DNA of 64,000 nt from Oceanispirochaeta sp. GTDB taxonomy: Bacteria > Spirochaetota > Spirochaetia > DSM-2461. The notes below the pieces were generated by a model that was given only the letters and a program-made list of their open reading frames with translations, did no database searches and was not told the DNA's origin. The DNA lies in the NCBI GenBank assembly GCA_963666275.2, contig CAXXOA010000002.1:192001-256000 (forward strand). Reading direction: 5' to 3'. Made by a program: the position numbers and the translations under genes. Numbering within the stretch: position 1 is the stretch's first letter; every line of letters begins with the position of its first letter. Of the stretch, positions 29,501-39,165 are shown in pieces.

Positions 29501-32500
29501 GTCACTCCAGCTCCTACAGTAATATTGGATCCCACAAGATCTGAAAAGGCAGCATTATAATTTCCGAGACCCGGATCAAAAGGTAGAAGAGCATTAAACC
29601 GGTCCGGATAGTCAAAGCGGTTATCATCATTATCATTTCTCGTACCGTTTGAGTCTCCATCCCAATCCGGATCTTCCGGGTCAAACCCCGCTCCGAAAAT
29701 AACGAAGTCCTGGCCGCCGTTCTGGTTTGTTGATAATGATTGACCATTTAGATCAATTGTTCCTCGATAAAAGACAAATTTACCTGTACTTATTCCTGTA
29801 TTGAGAGTAACTGTCCAACCATCAAAATCCAAATAGACATCATCAAAGGTAATGCTTCCAACGGTAGCTTCGAAAGCCCCTCCAGCAGAGTGATTCCACC
29901 TCGTCCCCTGGGATCCTGTTGAATAGTCTTGAGAATTTCCTGACCGATAATATGAGCCGCCCAGAACAATTCCGTTAGTTGCTGTTAATGAGACAGTCCC
30001 CGAAACTCCCATATTTAAATTATCCCCAATTGAAGCTATTGAGATATTAGAAGAGGTTATACTCAGAGAAAGGAGCGGATTTGTCACCCCGGAATCACCA
30101 TTAATAAAAACATCTCCTGTTCCAGCAGTGATAATAAAACTACGATCAGTAGCATCACTATTAATACTACTGTTTATAGTAATGTTCCCGGGACCCGCAC
30201 CTGTTGCCAGAGTCGTATTACCGGTTAATTGGATTTGACTCAGGGAAATCTGAGAATCTGTCGTTGAAATATTCCCCGATAAATATTCCAGGGATGGAGA
30301 TGTGGCTGTCACTCCTCCGGTAAAGGTAAAACCCGAACCAATTGTCAGGGTTCCTGTATTTGTGAAACTGGACGTGGTGGTGATCGTCCCTCCCCCATTC
30401 AGAGCAACATTCATTCCCGTAGCTCCGGTGGACAGGCTGGTTCCGTTCAAAGCTCCCGAAAAAGTGACCGTTGTTGAATCACTCAGGGTCACAGCCCCCG
30501 CTGTCACTCCGGCAAAAGTTGCTGTATCACTATCAGTAATGGTCAGATCATTACCGCCCGTTGTGGCTCCACTGACCGAGATAGCCCCTGATGCTCCCGC
30601 ATCAAAGGTGACACCACCGGCTCCAATTGTCAGATCATCAAGAGTTATGTTCTGACCCGCTCCTCCTCCGGTTGCTATCGTTCCGGCAAGACTGTTGGTT
30701 CCCGCGGCGACAGAACTGATTCCTCCTGTAAAGGTAAAGCCTGCCCCTACCGTCACATTTCCTGTATTCAGGAAAGAGACCGCGTTGGTTACTGTTCCAC
30801 CACCGTTCAGGGTGACATTCACTCCCGTGGCGGCTGTGGACAGGGAAGATGCTGTTAAGGCTCCGGCCACTGTCACGGTTCCACCGGTCTCCCCGGTCAG
30901 ATCAAGGGTTCCGACTCCCAGCGCTGCTGAAGCGACATTGGCTCCGCCACTGCCCTGAAGGATCAGATTGGAAGCTCCCGTTACTGCTCCCAGAGTAATC
31001 AGTCCTGTTCCACTGCTGAATGTGGTGTTTCCTGTAAGGCTGACTCCGGTAGTTCCGAAGTTGATTGCAGAATTCGTTGAAGAGATGATTCCATTCACGA
31101 CTTTGCTGCTCGGGGATGTGGCTGTCACTCCTCCAGTAAAGGTAAAACCCGAACCAATCGTCAAAGTACCTGTATTTGAAAAGGTCACAGGATTGGTAAC
31201 TGTCCCGCCCCCATTGAGAGCAATATTAACTCCTGTGGCTGCTGTCGTCAGGGAAGACGCTGTTAAAGCTCCGGCTACTGTCACGGTTCCGCCTGTCTCT
31301 CCAGCCAAATTGAACGTTCCCGCCCCAAGAGCGGCAGAAGCTACATTGGCACCGCCACTGCCCTGAAGGATCAGATTGGAAGCTCCCGTTACTGCTCCCA
31401 GGGTAATCAGTCCTGTCCCGCTGCTGAATGTGGTATTTCCTGTAAGGCTGACTCCGGTTGTTCCGAAGTTGATTGCAGAATTCGTTGAAGAGATGGTTCC
31501 ATTCACGATCTTGCTGCTCGGTGATGTGGCTGTCACTCCGCCAGTAAAGGTAAAACCCGAACCAATCGTCAGGGTTCCTGTATTCGTGAAACTGGATGTG
31601 GTGGTGATCGTCCCTCCCCCATTCAGGGCGACATTCATTCCTGTAGCTCCGGTGGACAGGCTGGTTCCGTTCAAAGCTCCAGAAAAAGTGACCGATGTTG
31701 AATCACTCAGGGTCACTGCCCCTGCTGTCACTCCGGCAAAAGATGCTGTATCACTATCAGTAATGGTCAGATCATTACCGCCCGTTGTGGCTCCACTGAC
31801 CGAGATAGCCCCTGATGCTCCCGCATCAAAGGTGACACCACCGGCTCCAATTGTCAGATCATCAAGAGTTATGTTCTGACCCGCTCCTCCTCCGGTTGCT
31901 ATCGTTCCGGCAAGACTGTTGGTTCCCGCGGCGACAGAACTGACTCCTCCTGTAAAGGTAAAGCCTGCCCCTACCGTCACGTTTCCAGTATTCAGGAAAG
32001 AGACCGCGTTGGTTACTGTTCCACCGCCGTTCAGGGATACATTCACTCCCGTGGCGGCTGTAGTCAGGGAAGACGCTGTTAAGGCTCCGGCCACGGTCAC
32101 GGTTCCGCCTGTCTCCCCGGTCAGATCAAGGGTCCCAACTCCCAGCGCGGCTGAAGCCACACTGGCACCGCCACTGCCCTGAAGGATCAGATTGGAAGCT
32201 CCCGTTACTGCTCCCAGGGTAATCAGTCCTGTCCCGCTGCTGAATGTGGTGTTTCCTGTAAGGCTGACTCCGGTTGTTCCGAAGTTGATCGCAGAATTCG
32301 TTGAAGAGATGGTTCCATTCACGATCTTGCTGCTCGGTGATGTGGCTGTCACTCCGCCAGTAAAGGTAAAACCCGAACCAATCGTCAGGGTTCCTGTATT
32401 CGTGAAACTGGATGTGGTGGTGATCGTCCCTCCCCCATTCAGGGCGACATTCATTCCTGTAGCTCCGGTGGACAGGCTGGTTCCGTTCAAAGCTCCAGAA

Positions 32501-35500
32501 AAAGTGACCGATGTTGAATCACTCAGGGTCACTGCCCCTGCTGTCACTCCGGCAAAAGATGCTGTATCACTATCAGTAATGGTCAGATCATTACCGCCCG
32601 TTGTGGCTCCGCTTACAGAGATAACTCCTGATGCACCCGCATCAAAGGTGACTCCTCCAGCACCAATTGTCAGATCATCAAGAGTAATGTCCTGACCCGC
32701 TCCTCCTCCGGTTGCTATCGTTCCGGCAAGACTGTTGGTTCCCGCGGCGACAGAACTGACTCCTCCTGTAAAGGTAAAGCCTGCCCCTACCGTCACGTTT
32801 CCAGTATTCAGGAAAGAGACCGCGTTGGTTACTGTTCCACCGCCGTTCAGGGATACATTCACTCCCGTGGCGGCTGTAGTCAGGGAAGACGCTGTTAAGG
32901 CTCCGGCCACGGTCACGGTTCCGCCTGTCTCCCCGGTCAGATCAAGGGTCCCAACTCCCAGCGCGGCTGAAGCCACACTGGCACCGCCACTGCCCTGAAG
33001 GATCAGATTGGAAGCTCCCGCTACTGCTCCCAGGGTAATCAGTCCTGTCCCGCTGCTGAATGTGGTGTTTCCTGTAAGGCTGACTCCGGTTGTTCCGAAG
33101 TTGATCGCAGAATTCGTTGAAGAGATGGTTCCATTCACGATCTTGCTGCTCGGGGAAGTGGCTGTCACTCCGCCAGTAAAGGTAAAACCCGAACCAATCG
33201 TCAAAGTACCTGTATTTGAAAAGGTCACAGGATTGGTAACTGTCCCGCCCCCATTGAGAGCAATATTAACTCCTGTGCCGGCTGTCGTCAGGGAAGACGC
33301 TGTTAAAGCTCCAGCCACTGTCACGGTTCCGCCTGTCTCTCCAGCCAAATTGAACGTTCCCGCCCCAAGAGCGGCTGAAGCTATATTGGCACCGCCACTG
33401 CCCTGAAGGATCAGATTGGAAGCTCCCGTTACTGCTCCCAGGGTAATCAGTCCTGTCCCGCTGCTGAATGTGGTGTTTCCTGTAAGGCTGACTCCGGTTG
33501 TTCCGAAGTTGATCGCAGAATTCGTTGAAGAGATGGTTCCATTCACGATCTTGCTGCTCGGTGATGTGGCTGTCACTCCTCCGGTAAAGGTAAATCCCGA
33601 ACCAATCGTCAAAGTACCTGTATTTGAAAAGGTCACAGGATTTGTAACTGTCCCGCCCCCATTGAGAGAAATATTAACTCCCGTGGCGGCTGTAGTCAGG
33701 GAAGACGCTGTTAAGGCTCCGGCCACGGTCACGGTTCCGCCTGTCTCCCCGGTCAGATCAAGGGTCCCAACTCCCAGCGCGGCTGAAGCCACACTGGCAC
33801 CGCCACTGCCCTGAAGGATCAGATTGGAAGCTCCCGTTACTGCTCCCAGGGTAATCAGTCCTGTCCCGCTGCTGAATGTGGTGTTTCCTGTAAGGCTGAC
33901 TCCGGTTGTTCCGAAGTTGATCGCAGAATTCGTTGAAGAGATGGTTCCATTCACGATCTTGCTGCTCGGGGAAGTGGCTGTCACTCCGCCAGTAAAGGTA
34001 AAACCCGAACCAATCGTCAAAGTACCTGTATTTGAAAAGGTCACAGGATTGGTAACTGTCCCGCCCCCATTGAGAGCAATATTAACTCCTGTGCCGGCTG
34101 TCGTCAGGGAAGACGCTGTTAAAGCTCCGGCTACGGTCACGGTTCCGCCTGTCTCTCCAGCCAAATTGAACGTTCCCGCCCCAAGAGCGGCTGAAGCTAT
34201 ATTGGCACCGCCACTGCCCTGAAGGATCAGATTGGAAGCTCCCGTTACTGCTCCCAGGGTAATCAGTCCTGTCCCGCTGCTGAATGTGGTGTTTCCTGTA
34301 AGGCTGACTCCGGTTGTTCCGAAGTTGATCGCAGAATTCGTTGAAGAGATGGTTCCATTCACGATCTTGCTGCTCGGTGATGTGGCTGTCACTCCGCCAG
34401 TAAAGGTAAAACCCGAACCAATCGTCAGGGTTCCTGTATTCGTGAAACTGGATGTGGTGGTGATCGTCCCTCCCCCATTCAGGGCGACATTCATTCCTAT
34501 AGCTCCGGTGGACAGGCTGGTTCCGTTCAAAGCTCCAGAAAAAGTGACCGATGTTGAATCACTCAGGGTCACTGCCCCTGCTGTCACTCCGGCAAAAGAT
34601 GCTGTATCACTATCAGTAATGGTCAGATCATTACCGCCCGTTGTGGCTCCGCTTACAGAGATAACTCCTGATGCACCCGCATCAAAGGTGACTCCTCCAG
34701 CACCAATTGTCAGATCATCAAGAGTAATGTCCTGACCCGCTCCTCCTCCGGTTGCTATCGTTCCGGCAAGACTGTTGGTTCCCGCGGCGACAGAACTGAC
34801 TCCTCCTGTAAAGGTAAAGCCTGCCCCTACCGTCACGTTTCCAGTATTCAGGAAAGAGACCGCGTTGGTTACTGTTCCACCGCCGTTCAGGGATACATTC
34901 ACTCCCGTGGCGGCTGTAGTCAGGGAAGACGCTGTTAAGGCTCCGGCCACGGTCACGGTTCCGCCTGTCTCCCCGGTCAGATCAAGGGTCCCAACTCCCA
35001 GCGCGGCTGAAGCCACACTGGCACCGCCACTGCCCTGAAGGATCAGATTGGAAGCTCCCGTTACTGCTCCCAGGGTAATCAGTCCTGTCCCGCTGCTGAA
35101 TGTGGTGTTTCCTGTAAGGCTGACTCCGGTTGTTCCGAAGTTGATCGCAGAATTCGTTGAAGAGATGGTTCCATTCACGATCTTGCTGCTCGGTGATGTG
35201 GCTGTCACTCCGCCAGTAAAGGTAAAACCCGAACCAATCGTCAAAGTACCTGTATTTGAAAAGGTCACAGGATTGGTAACTGTCCCGCCCCCATTGAGAG
35301 CAATATTAACTCCTGTGCCGGCTGTCGTCAGGGAAGACGCTGTTAAAGCTCCGGCTACGGTCACGGTTCCGCCAGTCTCCCCGATCAGATCAAGGGTCCC
35401 AACTCCCAGCGCGGCTGAAGCCACACTGGCACCGCCACTGCCCTGAAGGATCAGATTGGAAGCTCCCGTTACTGCTCCCAGGGTAATCAGTCCTGTCCCG

Positions 35501-38500
35501 CTGCTGAATGTGGTGTTTCCTGTAAGGCTGACTCCGGTTGTTCCGAAGTTGATCGCAGAATTCGTTGAAGAGATGGTTCCATTCACGATCTTGCTGCTCG
35601 GGGATGTGGCTGTCACTCCGCCGGTAAAGGTAAAACCCGAACCAATCGTCAGGGTTCCTGTATTCGTGAAACTGGATGTGGTGGTGATCGTCCCTCCCCC
35701 ATTCAGGGCGACATTCATTCCTGTAGCTCCGGTGGACAGGCTGGTTCCGTTCAAAGCTCCAGAAAAAGTGACCGATGTTGAATCACTCAGGGTCACTGCC
35801 CCTGCTGTCACTCCGGCAAAAGAGGCTGTATCACTATCAGTAATGGTCAAATCATTACCGCCCGTTGTGGCTCCGCTTACAGAGATAACTCCTGATGCAC
35901 CCGCATCAAAGGTGACTCCTCCAGCACCAATTGTCAGATCATCAAGAGTAATGTCCTGACCCGCTCCTCCTCCGGTTGCTATCGTTCCGGCAAGACTGTT
36001 GGTTCCCGCGGCGACAGAAGTAACTCCTCCTGTAAAGGTAAAGCCTGCCCCTACCGTTACATTTCCTGTATTCAGGAAAGAGACCGCGTTGGTTACTGTT
36101 CCACCGCCGTTCAGGGATACATTCACTCCCGTGGCGGCTGTAGTCAGGGAAGACGCTGTTAAGGCTCCGGCCACGGTCACGGTTCCGCCTGTCTCCCCGG
36201 TCAGATCAAGGGTCCCAACTCCCAGCGCGGCTGAAGCCACACTGGCACCGCCACTGCCCTGAAGGATCAGATTGGAAGCTCCCGTTACTGCTCCCAGGGT
36301 AATCAGTCCTGTCCCGCTGCTGAATGTGGTGTTTCCTGTAAGGCTGACTCCGGTTGTTCCGAAGTTGATCGCAGAATTCGTTGAAGAGATGGTTCCATTC
36401 ACGATCTTGCTGCTCGGTGATGTGGCTGTCACTCCGCCAGTAAAGGTAAAACCCGAACCAATCGTCAGGGTTCCTGTATTCGTGAAACTGGATGTGGTGG
36501 TGATCGTCCCTCCCCCATTCAGGGCGACATTCATTCCTGTAGCTCCGGTGGACAGGCTGGTTCCGTTCAAAGCTCCAGAAAAAGTGACCGATGTTGAATC
36601 ACTCAGGGTCACTGCCCCTGCTGTCACTCCGGCAAAAGAGGCTGTATCACTATCAGTAATGGTCAGATCATTACCGCCCGTTGTGGCTCCGCTTACAGAG
36701 ATAACTCCTGATGCACCCGCATCAAAGGTGACTCCTCCAGCACCAATTGTCAGATCATCAAGAGTAATGTCCTGACCCGCTCCTCCTCCGGTTGCTATCG
36801 TTCCGGCAAGACTGTTGGTTCCCGCGGCGACAGAACTGACTCCTCCTGTAAAGGTAAAGCCTGCCCCTACCGTCACGTTTCCAGTATTCAGGAAAGAGAC
36901 CGCGTTGGTTACTGTTCCACCGCCGTTCAGGGATACATTCACTCCCGTGGCGGCTGTAGTCAGGGAAGACGCTGTTAAGGCTCCGGCCACGGTCACGGTT
37001 CCGCCTGTCTCCCCGGTCAGATCAAGGGTCCCAACTCCCAGCGCGGCTGAAGCCACACTGGCACCGCCACTGCCCTGAAGGATCAGATTGGAAGCTCCCG
37101 TTACTGCTCCCAGGGTAATCAGTCCTGTCCCGCTGCTGAATGTGGTGTTTCCTGTAAGGCTGACTCCGGTTGTTCCGAAGTTGATCGCAGAATTCGTTGA
37201 AGAGATGGTTCCATTCACGATCTTGCTGCTCGGGGAAGTGGCTGTCACTCCGCCAGTAAAGGTAAAACCCGAACCAATCGTCAAAGTACCTGTATTTGAA
37301 AAGGTCACAGGATTGGTAACTGTCCCGCCCCCATTGAGAGCAATATTAACTCCTGTGCCGGCTGTCGTCAGGGAAGACGCTGTTAAAGCTCCGGCTACGG
37401 TCACGGTTCCGCCTGTCTCTCCAGCCAAATTGAACGTTCCCGCCCCAAGAGCGGCTGAAGCTATATTGGCACCGCCACTGCCCTGAAGGATCAGATTGGA
37501 AGCTCCCGTTACTGCTCCCAGGGTAATCAGTCCTGTCCCGCTGCTGAATGTGGTGTTTCCTGTAAGGCTGACTCCGGTTGTTCCGAAGTTGATCGCAGAA
37601 TTCGTTGAAGAGATGGTTCCATTCACGATCTTGCTGCTCGGTGATGTGGCTGTCACTCCGCCAGTAAAGGTAAAACCCGAACCAATCGTCAGGGTTCCTG
37701 TATTCGTGAAACTGGATGTGGTGGTGATCGTCCCTCCCCCATTCAGGGCGACATTCATTCCTATAGCTCCGGTGGACAGGCTGGTTCCGTTCAAAGCTCC
37801 AGAAAAAGTGACCGATGTTGAATCACTCAGGGTCACTGCCCCTGCTGTCACTCCGGCAAAAGATGCTGTATCACTATCAGTAATGGTCAGATCATTACCG
37901 CCCGTTGTGGCTCCGCTTACAGAGATAACTCCTGATGCACCCGCATCAAAGGTGACTCCTCCAGCACCAATTGTCAGATCATCAAGAGTAATGTCCTGAC
38001 CCGCTCCTCCTCCGGTTGCTATCGTTCCGGCAAGACTGTTGGTTCCCGCGGCGACAGAACTGACTCCTCCTGTAAAGGTAAAGCCTGCCCCTACCGTCAC
38101 GTTTCCAGTATTCAGGAAAGAGACCGCGTTGGTTACTGTTCCACCGCCGTTCAGGGATACATTCACTCCCGTGGCGGCTGTAGTCAGGGAAGACGCTGTT
38201 AAGGCTCCGGCCACGGTCACGGTTCCGCCTGTCTCCCCGGTCAGATCAAGGGTCCCAACTCCCAGCGCGGCTGAAGCCACACTGGCACCGCCACTGCCCT
38301 GAAGGATCAGATTGGAAGCTCCCGTTACTGCTCCCAGGGTAATCAGTCCTGTCCCGCTGCTGAATGTGGTGTTTCCTGTAAGGCTGACTCCGGTTGTTCC
38401 GAAGTTGATCGCAGAATTCGTTGAAGAGATGGTTCCATTCACGATCTTGCTGCTCGGTGATGTGGCTGTCACTCCGCCAGTAAAGGTAAAACCCGAACCA

Positions 38501-38898
38501 ATCGTCAGGGTTCCTGTATTTGAAAAGGTCACAAGATTGGTGACGCTGCCACCGCTGTTCAGGGAGATATTATTTCCAGCAGAAACTGTCAGCGATGTTG
38601 TTGTTAACGAGCTATTAAAAGTAATATCTGCAGCAGCATTATTAATTTGAATATCTGAAAAAGTAACAGCAGGGATTGCAGTTAATGTAATGGTATATGC
38701 ACCGAATACAGCGATGTCACCTGCAACTGGAGAACCTGCATCTGAAACCCAGTTTAATGGATCAGTCCAGGAAGTATTATCCCCGTCAGCATCTGAGTTA
38801 CCATCCCAAATATAGGTAGCACCCCACCCCTGCAAAACAACCGAGAACAAAATAAATACTATTAAAAATCTCTTCTTCACACTCAAAATAAATCCCAT
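26530..38898 (-). CDS. Giant secreted repetitive surface protein (about 4,120 aa) with C-terminal FlgD-Ig-like domain
   Basis: Single open frame; signal peptide (KKRFLIVFILFSVVLQGWG); G/T/S-rich repeats; C-terminal VTVQVFALNG...WDGRNNSGRIVARGVYFIRV; longest ORF starts at 38973. Confidence 0.9.
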   Translation of the reverse strand: MGFILSVKKRFLIVFILFSVVLQGWGATYIWDGNSDADGDNTSWTDPLNWVSDAGSPVAGDIAVFGAYTITLTAIPAVTFSDIQINNAAADITFNSSLTTTSLTVSAGNNISLNSGGSVTNLVTFSNTGTLTIGSGFTFTGGVTATSPSSKIVNGTISSTNSAINFGTTGVSLTGNTTFSSGTGLITLGAVTGASNLILQGSGGASVASAALGVGTLDLTGETGGTVTVAGALTASSLTTAATGVNVSLNGGGTVTNAVSFLNTGNVTVGAGFTFTGGVSSVAAGTNSLAGTIATGGGAGQDITLDDLTIGAGGVTFDAGASGVISVSGATTGGNDLTITDSDTASFAGVTAGAVTLSDSTSVTFSGALNGTSLSTGAIGMNVALNGGGTITTTSSFTNTGTLTIGSGFTFTGGVTATSPSSKIVNGTISSTNSAINFGTTGVSLTGNTTFSSGTGLITLGAVTGASNLILQGSGGANIASAALGAGTFNLAGETGGTVTVAGALTASSLTTAGTGVNIALNGGGTVTNPVTFSNTGTLTIGSGFTFTGGVTATSPSSKIVNGTISSTNSAINFGTTGVSLTGNTTFSSGTGLITLGAVTGASNLILQGSGGASVASAALGVGTLDLTGETGGTVTVAGALTASSLTTAATGVNVSLNGGGTVTNAVSFLNTGNVTVGAGFTFTGGVSSVAAGTNSLAGTIATGGGAGQDITLDDLTIGAGGVTFDAGASGVISVSGATTGGNDLTITDSDTASFAGVTAGAVTLSDSTSVTFSGALNGTSLSTGATGMNVALNGGGTITTTSSFTNTGTLTIGSGFTFTGGVTATSPSSKIVNGTISSTNSAINFGTTGVSLTGNTTFSSGTGLITLGAVTGASNLILQGSGGASVASAALGVGTLDLTGETGGTVTVAGALTASSLTTAATGVNVSLNGGGTVTNAVSFLNTGNVTVGAGFTFTGGVTSVAAGTNSLAGTIATGGGAGQDITLDDLTIGAGGVTFDAGASGVISVSGATTGGNDLTITDSDTASFAGVTAGAVTLSDSTSVTFSGALNGTSLSTGATGMNVALNGGGTITTTSSFTNTGTLTIGSGFTFTGGVTATSPSSKIVNGTISSTNSAINFGTTGVSLTGNTTFSSGTGLITLGAVTGASNLILQGSGGASVASAALGVGTLDLIGETGGTVTVAGALTASSLTTAGTGVNIALNGGGTVTNPVTFSNTGTLTIGSGFTFTGGVTATSPSSKIVNGTISSTNSAINFGTTGVSLTGNTTFSSGTGLITLGAVTGASNLILQGSGGASVASAALGVGTLDLTGETGGTVTVAGALTASSLTTAATGVNVSLNGGGTVTNAVSFLNTGNVTVGAGFTFTGGVSSVAAGTNSLAGTIATGGGAGQDITLDDLTIGAGGVTFDAGASGVISVSGATTGGNDLTITDSDTASFAGVTAGAVTLSDSTSVTFSGALNGTSLSTGAIGMNVALNGGGTITTTSSFTNTGTLTIGSGFTFTGGVTATSPSSKIVNGTISSTNSAINFGTTGVSLTGNTTFSSGTGLITLGAVTGASNLILQGSGGANIASAALGAGTFNLAGETGGTVTVAGALTASSLTTAGTGVNIALNGGGTVTNPVTFSNTGTLTIGSGFTFTGGVTATSPSSKIVNGTISSTNSAINFGTTGVSLTGNTTFSSGTGLITLGAVTGASNLILQGSGGASVASAALGVGTLDLTGETGGTVTVAGALTASSLTTAATGVNISLNGGGTVTNPVTFSNTGTLTIGSGFTFTGGVTATSPSSKIVNGTISSTNSAINFGTTGVSLTGNTTFSSGTGLITLGAVTGASNLILQGSGGANIASAALGAGTFNLAGETGGTVTVAGALTASSLTTAGTGVNIALNGGGTVTNPVTFSNTGTLTIGSGFTFTGGVTATSPSSKIVNGTISSTNSAINFGTTGVSLTGNTTFSSGTGLITLGAVAGASNLILQGSGGASVASAALGVGTLDLTGETGGTVTVAGALTASSLTTAATGVNVSLNGGGTVTNAVSFLNTGNVTVGAGFTFTGGVSSVAAGTNSLAGTIATGGGAGQDITLDDLTIGAGGVTFDAGASGVISVSGATTGGNDLTITDSDTASFAGVTAGAVTLSDSTSVTFSGALNGTSLSTGATGMNVALNGGGTITTTSSFTNTGTLTIGSGFTFTGGVTATSPSSKIVNGTISSTNSAINFGTTGVSLTGNTTFSSGTGLITLGAVTGASNLILQGSGGASVASAALGVGTLDLTGETGGTVTVAGALTASSLTTAATGVNVSLNGGGTVTNAVSFLNTGNVTVGAGFTFTGGVSSVAAGTNSLAGTIATGGGAGQNITLDDLTIGAGGVTFDAGASGAISVSGATTGGNDLTITDSDTASFAGVTAGAVTLSDSTSVTFSGALNGTSLSTGATGMNVALNGGGTITTTSSFTNTGTLTIGSGFTFTGGVTATSPSSKIVNGTISSTNSAINFGTTGVSLTGNTTFSSGTGLITLGAVTGASNLILQGSGGANVASAALGAGTFNLAGETGGTVTVAGALTASSLTTAATGVNIALNGGGTVTNPVTFSNTGTLTIGSGFTFTGGVTATSPSSKVVNGIISSTNSAINFGTTGVSLTGNTTFSSGTGLITLGAVTGASNLILQGSGGANVASAALGVGTLDLTGETGGTVTVAGALTASSLSTAATGVNVTLNGGGTVTNAVSFLNTGNVTVGAGFTFTGGISSVAAGTNSLAGTIATGGGAGQNITLDDLTIGAGGVTFDAGASGAISVSGATTGGNDLTITDSDTATFAGVTAGAVTLSDSTTVTFSGALNGTSLSTGATGMNVALNGGGTITTTSSFTNTGTLTIGSGFTFTGGVTATSPSLEYLSGNISTTDSQISLSQIQLTGNTTLATGAGPGNITINSSINSDATDRSFIITAGTGDVFINGDSGVTNPLLSLSITSSNISIASIGDNLNMGVSGTVSLTATNGIVLGGSYYRSGNSQDYSTGSQGTRWNHSAGGAFEATVGSITFDDVYLDFDGWTVTLNTGISTGKFVFYRGTIDLNGQSLSTNQNGGQDFVIFGAGFDPEDPDWDGDSNGTRNDNDDNRFDYPDRFNALLPFDPGLGNYNAAFSDLVGSNITVGAGVTGNLYINGTDLTATGGVGSWTLQVRGSGAANPVFNNGTNPTNWGTPYNVAFNLNVQNSSVSGGSISAASPVTDTLTAPNVAETNNNVTNGGGNTVYNPIGPVDGWDFTRPRLLSAETVWDNVIRLTFSEPLENSSNEISSAIGSGLMLTNSEAVVITDTYVDFDFVNGTNLGTTNGQGDLTTFYIGTSNTSWNTDAGWDGFIMDTNPGGNSTDTAGNNRNISPDLSLIKSLFYDAGGKNPVRSYDNGNHGFTNFYQVTDEAPPVLVGVKAGTAPYDAVPANDYSNGHNYFVLRYSEPIDFNTTGIALGTTLTGSNTNIRVGTYGLDSGENLGHIPDQLIPGWVTVEGLFQYGDNDADGNGEGVFDSGVLPLDGNPLVNSIDRDNIYEIRINIAGYYDNVTNNLWPGYLGSNGVTLTDPGNGTVEYRGITNARVLDLNGNATANINNNGTNEFINGDMPYAAGSDWNAITETGWDVDPPILAPYKGSATYEIIPEDEDSNTFLDRFEFHVLDNSADAAAWNSDTDHPNALGGGIRDSSLQGIPPLAFEFQPLGNEPADLTSPTFVTDVLNSVFSLAGISVADDSYFSIYPSGNTSWDTLTKLWVDYDEDEGYLTDHAGNRLRSFTKERAVEIVPPNISLTLAVPGNSWGYVKFSEPVYGNDTASAPITASDFSLSGVSGIAITSVEAWPGGAASQEYRFRFSSALTENDILAATINILPLSVYDSEGNYARSQLVYRVSDLGFGIVEPLWASDGIHSEDIREGTSLTVFDGTGKLMDRDILLQARINASSFQGLSMSMYYDANVPSDLVTNNLWLPYYQEELAPSGNYEARYVNPTAILGNGLQEFSISSSDEEMETDNTMEFYFMLNGLPCVALDDPDDVFSFHPWSFQIRDIRKQRGGVTILNNIINPHNGDEAILMYDIDDPGIVTVQVFALNGNMVRILQRGRQAEGTYQYLWDGRNNSGRIVARGVYFIRVVGPEVDEIRKVMVVK
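30295..38560 (-). repeat. Intragenic array of twenty 408-bp (136-aa) modules of two types
   Basis: Anchor GATCAGATTGGAAGCTCCC recurs at 30961, 31369, 32185, 33001, 33409, 33817, 34225, 35041, 35449, 36265, 37081, 37489, 38305 (spacings 408 or 816). Confidence 0.95.
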
Positions 38899-39165
38899 AC
38901 CGACGGAATAGTGATCTCCCAGTTTTAAAAGATAGACACTACTTAATATATCACGTAAGCAATAAGCTTTCATTTATCTTTCAGTAAATGAATTGAAAAA
39001 ATTTGTATGAACGTTTTTTATCCCGGAGATAAATGAGATTGAGTCCTCCCTTACCCCGGTACAATGTTTTTTTCCGGATAGGAATCTTCATTAAACATAA
39101 AGGCGTAACCAAACGATAATAATACTATTCAGATAAAAAAGTGTTATTAATAAAAGAGGCTCATA

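Noticed and set aside
30295..38560. Module order begins like a Fibonacci word (ABAABABAAB)
   Set aside because: The pattern breaks afterwards and is explained by block duplications
30302..38650. Series of 87-167-aa plus-strand ORFs
   Set aside because: Antisense reflections of the 408-bp repeats
26530..38898. Diversity-generating retroelement or autotransporter interpretation
   Set aside because: No reverse transcriptase or TR/VR pair, and no C-terminal beta-barrel signature
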